Shown one piece after another: positions 29,554-34,060 of a stretch of DNA of 34,060 nucleotides. The stretch is taken from assembly GCA_035686585.1 (NCBI GenBank), contig DASRZG010000099.1, forward strand, positions 1 through 34,060, given 5' to 3'. How positions within the stretch are numbered: the stretch's first letter is position 1; each line of letters starts with the position of its first letter. Source of the DNA: Phycisphaerae bacterium. GTDB lineage: Bacteria; Planctomycetota; Phycisphaerae; SM23-33. The notes under the pieces are model-generated. The model worked only from the letters and a program-made list of their open reading frames with translations, was not told the origin of the DNA and did not search any database. The translations under genes and the position numbers were made by a program.

Positions 29554-31713
29554 ATGAACCGCCGCGGTATCCCCTGGACGCTCTCGATCACCTTTCTCCT
29601 GTCCGCCGGCGGCCTGGCCGTTGCCCAGGACTTGCGGCGCGTGGACAAGCCCGAGACGCCGGATCTGTCCTGGGTGCCGCGCAAGCTCGCCAAGGAGCCC
29701 GCGTATGCGTCGGCGAAGGTCCGCTACTGCATCTGGGTGCTCGGGACGGGCAGCAAGAGCGTGATGACGATGGCGTGGGACGAGTCGGGCGGGACGGGCT
29801 CGGGGTACGACACGCTGTACGTGGACCGCAACTTCAACGGCGACCTGACTGGGGACGGGGAGAAGCTGTTCTGGGCCAACCAGACCCCCGCCGCCGACGG
29901 CAAGCAGAAGGCGGCCAAGGGGGCCCGCGAGAGCTACGACGTCCGCAACGTCCACGAGTCCGGCGGGGACAAGGTGTTCCACTTCAAGCTCCGCAACGTC
30001 TATGGGCCCGATGAGATCGAGTACGACTCGCAATACAGGGTCGTCACGCCGGACGGCGGCTACGAGGTCGGCCCGCTGCCGGGGAATCACAAGATTCTCT
30101 GGTCGAACGACTTGAAGGCCGCGCCGGTGTACTTCTTCGGCGGGGTGGCCGTGCCCAACGTCAATGGCAAATGGGCGGGCGAGTCCCTGGGCGTGTGGGA
30201 GGCCGGGCGGCCGGTCCAGGCGAGCTTCCGCACCGTCCACCGCGGCGACCCGCCGGAGGCGGAGCTGCGATTCTACGGCTCGAAGTTCCCGGGCCTGCCA
30301 AAGGCCATCCGCAACAACCGCTGGGGCCGGGCGGCGTACCCTTTCGCCAGCCTCCGCGTGCTGGACGAGGGCGGGCAGGTCAAGGAAGAGATCCCCTTCG
30401 CCGATTCCTGCCCCTGCGCGGGGGGGTTCGCGCCGGAGCTGGTGATCCCCTCGCGCGTGCCGCCGGGCAACCACCTGCTGGTCGCCCGCATGCTCCGCCA
30501 GCCCATCGTCGGTGGGCCCGCCGAGTACGTCTGGCCCGTCGAGGTCCGCAACGCCGACTTCGGCAAGCCCTTGATCGACCCCGCCTTGGAGCTGCTCAAG
30601 AAGCGCCTGGCCGGGACCCAGGCCGCCTTCGCCAGCCTCCGGCGGGCGGAGGGCGCCGTCGCCGCCACGGGCAGCTATCCCGGCGAGAAGGTCATCCCCA
30701 CGGCCGTGTGGGACAACACGATGGACCCGACCAACCGCGACTGGGACCCCAGGCCCGTCAACTACGGCACCGACCGCCTGCTGACCGTGGGCACCAAGCC
30801 GTTCTCCCACGCCGACAGCAGGACGCTGCTGAAGTTCGACCTGTCGGGGGTGCCGAAGGAGACCGAAATCGTCGCCGCCGCGATCCGCCTGACGCTCCAG
30901 GGCGGACCTTCCATCGCCTGCAAGGGCGGCGCCGCCGTCCAGGCGTACGGGCTGTGTCGCGACTGGAACGAGACGGACGGACGCGACGGACGGTCATGCT
31001 GGCACGGCCCGAAGTTCGGCGGCAGCCCGGAGATCCGCTGGACCGCCGGCGGGGCGGACGGGGCAGGGACCGACCGCGACGCCACACCGGCTGGACGGGC
31101 GGATGTGGGCGGCTTCCCCGCCCTGCTCGACCCGGCCGACAAGTCCGGCCAGGGGCCCCGCGAACGCAGCCGATTGGTCGGGTTGGACATCACCGACCTC
31201 GCCCGCCAATGGCACAAGGGCGACCGGCCCAACCACGGCGTGCTGCTGAAGCTGGCGGGCAGCGGCAACGGGACGATCTGCTCCAGCGAGTTCCTGGACT
31301 ACCCGTACCGGCCGACGCTGGTGATCGCCTATCGCGGCCCGGCCCCGCAGGCCACCCGCAACGTGCCCGCCGACGAAGACATGGATTACGCCCGCGCCGA
31401 GGCCGTCCGGCGAGTCAAGCCCCTGCTGCTGCAGTTCTATGCGCCCCTGTGCTCCACCTGCCAGGGCGTCCAGGCCACGACCTTCGCCGACAGCAAGGTC
31501 AAGCTGGTCCTGCAGCGCAGGTACCAGGCCGTCCGGGTGAACGCGATGGCGGACCCGGAGACGGTGAAGCGATACGGCGTCGCGACGGTCCCGGCCGTGG
31601 TCGTGCTGGAGCCGGACGGGAAGAAGGTGATCGGGCGTGTCGGGGCGGAGGAGCTGACGGAAGCGAAGCGGTTTCTGGAGGCGCTTCGGGAGGCGCGGTC
31701 CGCGGGGGAGTGA
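29554..31713 (+). CDS. exported multidomain protein: unknown N-terminal region + DNRLRE-like domain + C-terminal thioredoxin-like domain
   Basis: ORF 29416..31713, trimmed to ATG 29554 (AAAGGAGACGGAG upstream). Signal peptide MNRRGIPWTLSITFLLSAGGLAVAQD. NYGTDRLLTV...RTLLKFDLSGVPKETEIVAAAIRL...WNE...DITDLARQW...NHGVLLKL...RPTLVIAY fits the DNRLRE domain pattern. The last roughly 110 aa, LLLQFYAPLCSTCQ...YGVATVPAVVVLEPDGK, is a Trx fold with CxxC. Confidence 0.7.
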   Translation: MNRRGIPWTLSITFLLSAGGLAVAQDLRRVDKPETPDLSWVPRKLAKEPAYASAKVRYCIWVLGTGSKSVMTMAWDESGGTGSGYDTLYVDRNFNGDLTGDGEKLFWANQTPAADGKQKAAKGARESYDVRNVHESGGDKVFHFKLRNVYGPDEIEYDSQYRVVTPDGGYEVGPLPGNHKILWSNDLKAAPVYFFGGVAVPNVNGKWAGESLGVWEAGRPVQASFRTVHRGDPPEAELRFYGSKFPGLPKAIRNNRWGRAAYPFASLRVLDEGGQVKEEIPFADSCPCAGGFAPELVIPSRVPPGNHLLVARMLRQPIVGGPAEYVWPVEVRNADFGKPLIDPALELLKKRLAGTQAAFASLRRAEGAVAATGSYPGEKVIPTAVWDNTMDPTNRDWDPRPVNYGTDRLLTVGTKPFSHADSRTLLKFDLSGVPKETEIVAAAIRLTLQGGPSIACKGGAAVQAYGLCRDWNETDGRDGRSCWHGPKFGGSPEIRWTAGGADGAGTDRDATPAGRADVGGFPALLDPADKSGQGPRERSRLVGLDITDLARQWHKGDRPNHGVLLKLAGSGNGTICSSEFLDYPYRPTLVIAYRGPAPQATRNVPADEDMDYARAEAVRRVKPLLLQFYAPLCSTCQGVQATTFADSKVKLVLQRRYQAVRVNAMADPETVKRYGVATVPAVVVLEPDGKKVIGRVGAEELTEAKRFLEALREARSAGE

Positions 31714-31837
31714 GTGAGGGGGTGCGTTCGGAAGAGGACAAAGACAACTACGCCGAAAGGCCAGCCACGCGGGAAGGCGCGGGCGACGCTTCGCGGTATG
31801 GGTCATGGGGACCGCCTCGGCGCGGTGAGCGTGGGAC

Positions 31838-32917
31838 TCACATCCCGAAACCGGGGAGGAGGTTGCTTTGTGCGAGGAAGATCGTCAGGGTGACGGTGAT
31901 CGGTGACAGGAGGGTGGAGTAGAAGACGGCGCGGGCGGCGTAATCCGGGTGGTTGTCGAACTCCAGGCACAGCAGCATGCAGTTGACCGCCGTCGGCATC
32001 GACGTCGAGATCAGCAGCACCTGGGCGATGAAGCCGTGCAGCCCGAAGGCGTAGATCAGCGCCAGCCCCAGCGCCGGGCCCATCAGCAGACGCAGGAACA
32101 GGCTGAGCTTGACCGGGTAGCGGTTCTTGCCCCGCCGCAGCAGGCCCAGTTGGGCCCCCAGCGTGCACAGGGCAATGGCGTAGAACCCCTCCTTGACGTA
32201 CGTCAGCGCCTGCCAGAACGGGCCGATCCGACCTGAGACCTCCGCCGTCGCCTGCGGGCCCAGCAGTCGGCGGACCCACAGCGTCAGCAGGGCGGCGCCC
32301 AGGGCGTAGATCGGGGGGAACTTCGCGATGTGCAGCAGGTTGGCCTTGAGCCGCTGGACCCCCCTGCCCCCCGCCGCCAGCAGCACCCCCAGCGTGAACC
32401 CGCTGAAGTTCTGCACGATGATCACGAAGATCTGGAGATTGGCGGCCATGTCGCCCCAGGACACCGCCGCCGCCCCCGGGGCCGCCCCGGCCGTCGTTCC
32501 CATCGGCTCGAACGCCAGCTTCTGGAGCGGCAGGCCGTAGTTGCCGGAGTTGTAGAACATCGTGGTCATCAGCAGCGTGCGGCGCTGGTCGGCCGGCACG
32601 CGCCGGATCACCGCCGCCACCCACGCCACCACCGCCTGCGCCGCCAGCATCGCGACGGCGAACAGCACGGTCTGGCCGATTTCCGAGGCGGAGCTCTTGC
32701 TGGTGACCAGCGAAAAGTAGATCAGCGCGGGGATCACGAAGTAGAAGTTCAGCCGCGTCAGCGTCGGCATGTCCAGGCCGAGGGACCGCTGGAGGATCCA
32801 CCCCAGCCCCGCCACCAGCAGGATCGGCAGGACGATGTGGTAGAAGATCGTCCCAAGCTGCGCCGATATCTGCACGGGGTCGACGGCGGCGACAAACTCA
32901 ATCGCGGGCAATTCCAT
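31838..32917 (-). CDS. AEC (auxin efflux carrier) family transporter
   Basis: ORF 31838..32980, trimmed to ATG 32917; the longer form would translate the heptamer repeat array. It has two hydrophobic halves of about 5 TM each around a central loop, with the N-terminus ...IVLPILLVAGLGWILQR typical of AEC permeases. Confidence 0.82.
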   Translation of the reverse strand: MELPAIEFVAAVDPVQISAQLGTIFYHIVLPILLVAGLGWILQRSLGLDMPTLTRLNFYFVIPALIYFSLVTSKSSASEIGQTVLFAVAMLAAQAVVAWVAAVIRRVPADQRRTLLMTTMFYNSGNYGLPLQKLAFEPMGTTAGAAPGAAAVSWGDMAANLQIFVIIVQNFSGFTLGVLLAAGGRGVQRLKANLLHIAKFPPIYALGAALLTLWVRRLLGPQATAEVSGRIGPFWQALTYVKEGFYAIALCTLGAQLGLLRRGKNRYPVKLSLFLRLLMGPALGLALIYAFGLHGFIAQVLLISTSMPTAVNCMLLCLEFDNHPDYAARAVFYSTLLSPITVTLTIFLAQSNLLPGFGM

Positions 32918-32943
32918 GTCCGCACTACTGTAGCAGACGGCGG

Positions 32944-32971
32944 GCGAATTGCGGATTGCGGATTGCGGATT
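32944..32971 (+). repeat. heptamer tandem array (GCGAATT GCGGATT GCGGATT GCGGATT)
   Basis: Four consecutive 7-nt units, 27-54 nt upstream of the AEC transporter ATG (32917, minus strand). They share the G..GATT core with the array at 23170-23204. Confidence 0.8.
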
Positions 32972-33096
32972 GAACAGCACAAATGACTGCGAACCCGCAA
33001 GCGTTGCCGGCCTGTCGCGACTTCCACTGGGTCTATCGTGCCGGTAGTGTCACGGCGCCCTCCCAGCCGCCTCCCTCAGCCGTCCCCTTATCCAAG

Positions 33097-33118
33097 GGCG
33101 GAAGATGGCGGAAGATGG
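33097..33118 (+). repeat. 10-nt tandem repeat GGCGGAAGAT x2.2
   Basis: 33097-33106 equals 33107-33116, then GG. It is followed directly by TTGACT (33121-33126) and a TGCACC-N9-TGCACC direct repeat. Confidence 0.6.
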
Positions 33119-33199
33119 TATTGACTTGCACCGGAACTGGATGCACCATCGCCTGGGTCGGCAACCGGTCATGGCAGGACAAGCCAAAGGACAACTGCT

Positions 33200-33547
33200 T
33201 TGGACCAACAGCACGGAAAGCCACCTGCCGCCTTCAACCCGCTTTGCCCCCCGCCGGGGAATGTGACTCCGTGGGTCGTGTCCTGGCTGCTGCTTCTGGT
33301 GGCGTGCCTTCCCATGGGCGGCTACATCATCTGCGAGCTCGCCCTGCAGCCGAACTATGGGCACGCCATTACGCTGTTCTTGATTCTCGGGGGCTCGGCT
33401 GTGCTGAGCGCCGTCGAGGTGATTGGCTTTGCCATCTTCCTTGGTTTCAGCAAGCGGAAGAGATTCGCGGCCATCCTGCTGGCCATCGCGGTGGTGTCGA
33501 TGGTGGAATTGACGTGGGGATGGCTGGCGGCCAGGGACGGGTTGTGA
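33200..33547 (+). CDS. small hypothetical membrane protein (about 3 TM)
   Basis: Third-codon positions are strongly G/C, and three hydrophobic segments are present (WVVSWLLLLVACL, ITLFLILGGSAVLSAV..., AILLAIAVVSMV). The track start is TTG 33200. GTG 33263 or ATG 33314 are equally possible. No clear SD. Confidence 0.4.
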   Translation: MDQQHGKPPAAFNPLCPPPGNVTPWVVSWLLLLVACLPMGGYIICELALQPNYGHAITLFLILGGSAVLSAVEVIGFAIFLGFSKRKRFAAILLAIAVVSMVELTWGWLAARDGL

Positions 33548-33562
33548 TCGCGCGGGCGGGCG

Positions 33563-34051
33563 TCACAGCCGACGGTAGTAGTTGACCGATTCGAAGCCGA
33601 CCACGTCGAAGCCGGCCTTTTCGTAGGCGCGCCGGGCCGGAGCATGGGCCGGGTCCAGGCCGGTCTGGACGTGAACGACCTGCATCCCGGCCGCCCGCAG
33701 TCGGTCGAAGGCGTGGGCGTAGAGCAGGCCGGCGATCCCGCGGCCATGAAAGTCCGGATGAACGGCGTTGTTGCCCAGCGACCCCATCCCCGGCTGGACG
33801 CCCGCGAAGTACGTGACGAAGCCCACGATCTTCCCGTCGATCTCGGCCACGGCCGCACCGCTCCCCTCGGTCGGATCGCAGGCGGCACGGATCCGCCGGG
33901 CCTTGTCGGCCCGGACATCCGGGTGAGTCACGGCGAACAGCTCCTCGCCGATCTTCCCGGCCAGATGGGCCCAGATCGGCTCCCAGGCCGCCAGGGCGAA
34001 CGACACGATGAACTCGACGTCGTCGACCGGCCGCAGGTCCCGGAGGGTCAC
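33563..34051 (-). CDS. GNAT family N-acetyltransferase
   Basis: Motif A VHPDFHGRGIAGLLYAHAF plus ...YEKAGF. The GTG start at 34051 is 9 nt from the window edge and the frame stays open to the edge, so the true start could lie outside the window. Confidence 0.8.
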   Translation of the reverse strand: MTLRDLRPVDDVEFIVSFALAAWEPIWAHLAGKIGEELFAVTHPDVRADKARRIRAACDPTEGSGAAVAEIDGKIVGFVTYFAGVQPGMGSLGNNAVHPDFHGRGIAGLLYAHAFDRLRAAGMQVVHVQTGLDPAHAPARRAYEKAGFDVVGFESVNYYRRL

Positions 34052-34060
34052 TTCCTCGGG

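Overview
This is a GC-rich bacterial chromosomal window (roughly two-thirds G+C by eye, not computed). I call 29 protein-coding genes. I found no rRNA, tRNA, CRISPR array, transposase, integrase or phage genes. All protein calls rest on motif recognition in the supplied translations; no alignments or searches were run.

Gene content, left to right:
- Minus strand: coaX (partial), obg, rpmA and an exported hypothetical protein.
- Plus strand, after a strand switch: a GNAT acetyltransferase, dnaA (DnaA boxes upstream, no dnaN downstream), a metal permease-HMA fusion, a stand-alone FMN glutamate-synthase-like gene, an ACT-domain gene, nadE and tadA.
- Minus strand: a 9.6 kb, essentially gapless operon carA-guaA-hisH-hisF-pyrG-carB-AMMECR1.
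- Mixed strands: gnd, a uxaE-SDR hexuronate pair, an archaemetzincin-like lipoprotein, a HAD hydrolase, a YkgJ Cys-cluster protein, a GH5-like hydrolase, a large exported DNRLRE + thioredoxin-like protein, an AEC transporter, a small membrane protein and a second GNAT.

The lineage is probably Planctomycetota/PVC-like. That is an inference from domain content, the GC-rich hairpins without U-tracts, and the heptamer repeats.

Most noteworthy observations:
1. The operon groups four different class I glutamine amidotransferase systems by shared chemistry rather than by pathway. carA and carB are split apart, and an orphan AMMECR1 gene is coupled to carB.
2. Three families of short non-coding repeats recur between genes: a bipartite CCGCTTGCGGTTTRGCGA...CCTCCCCC motif upstream of three plus-strand genes, a 37-nt hairpin-plus-tail terminator module in two inverted copies, and STRR-like heptamer tandem arrays.
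3. Two exported proteins have unusual architectures.

I did not find a convincing defence, secretion or mobile system. Most of the window is core metabolism.
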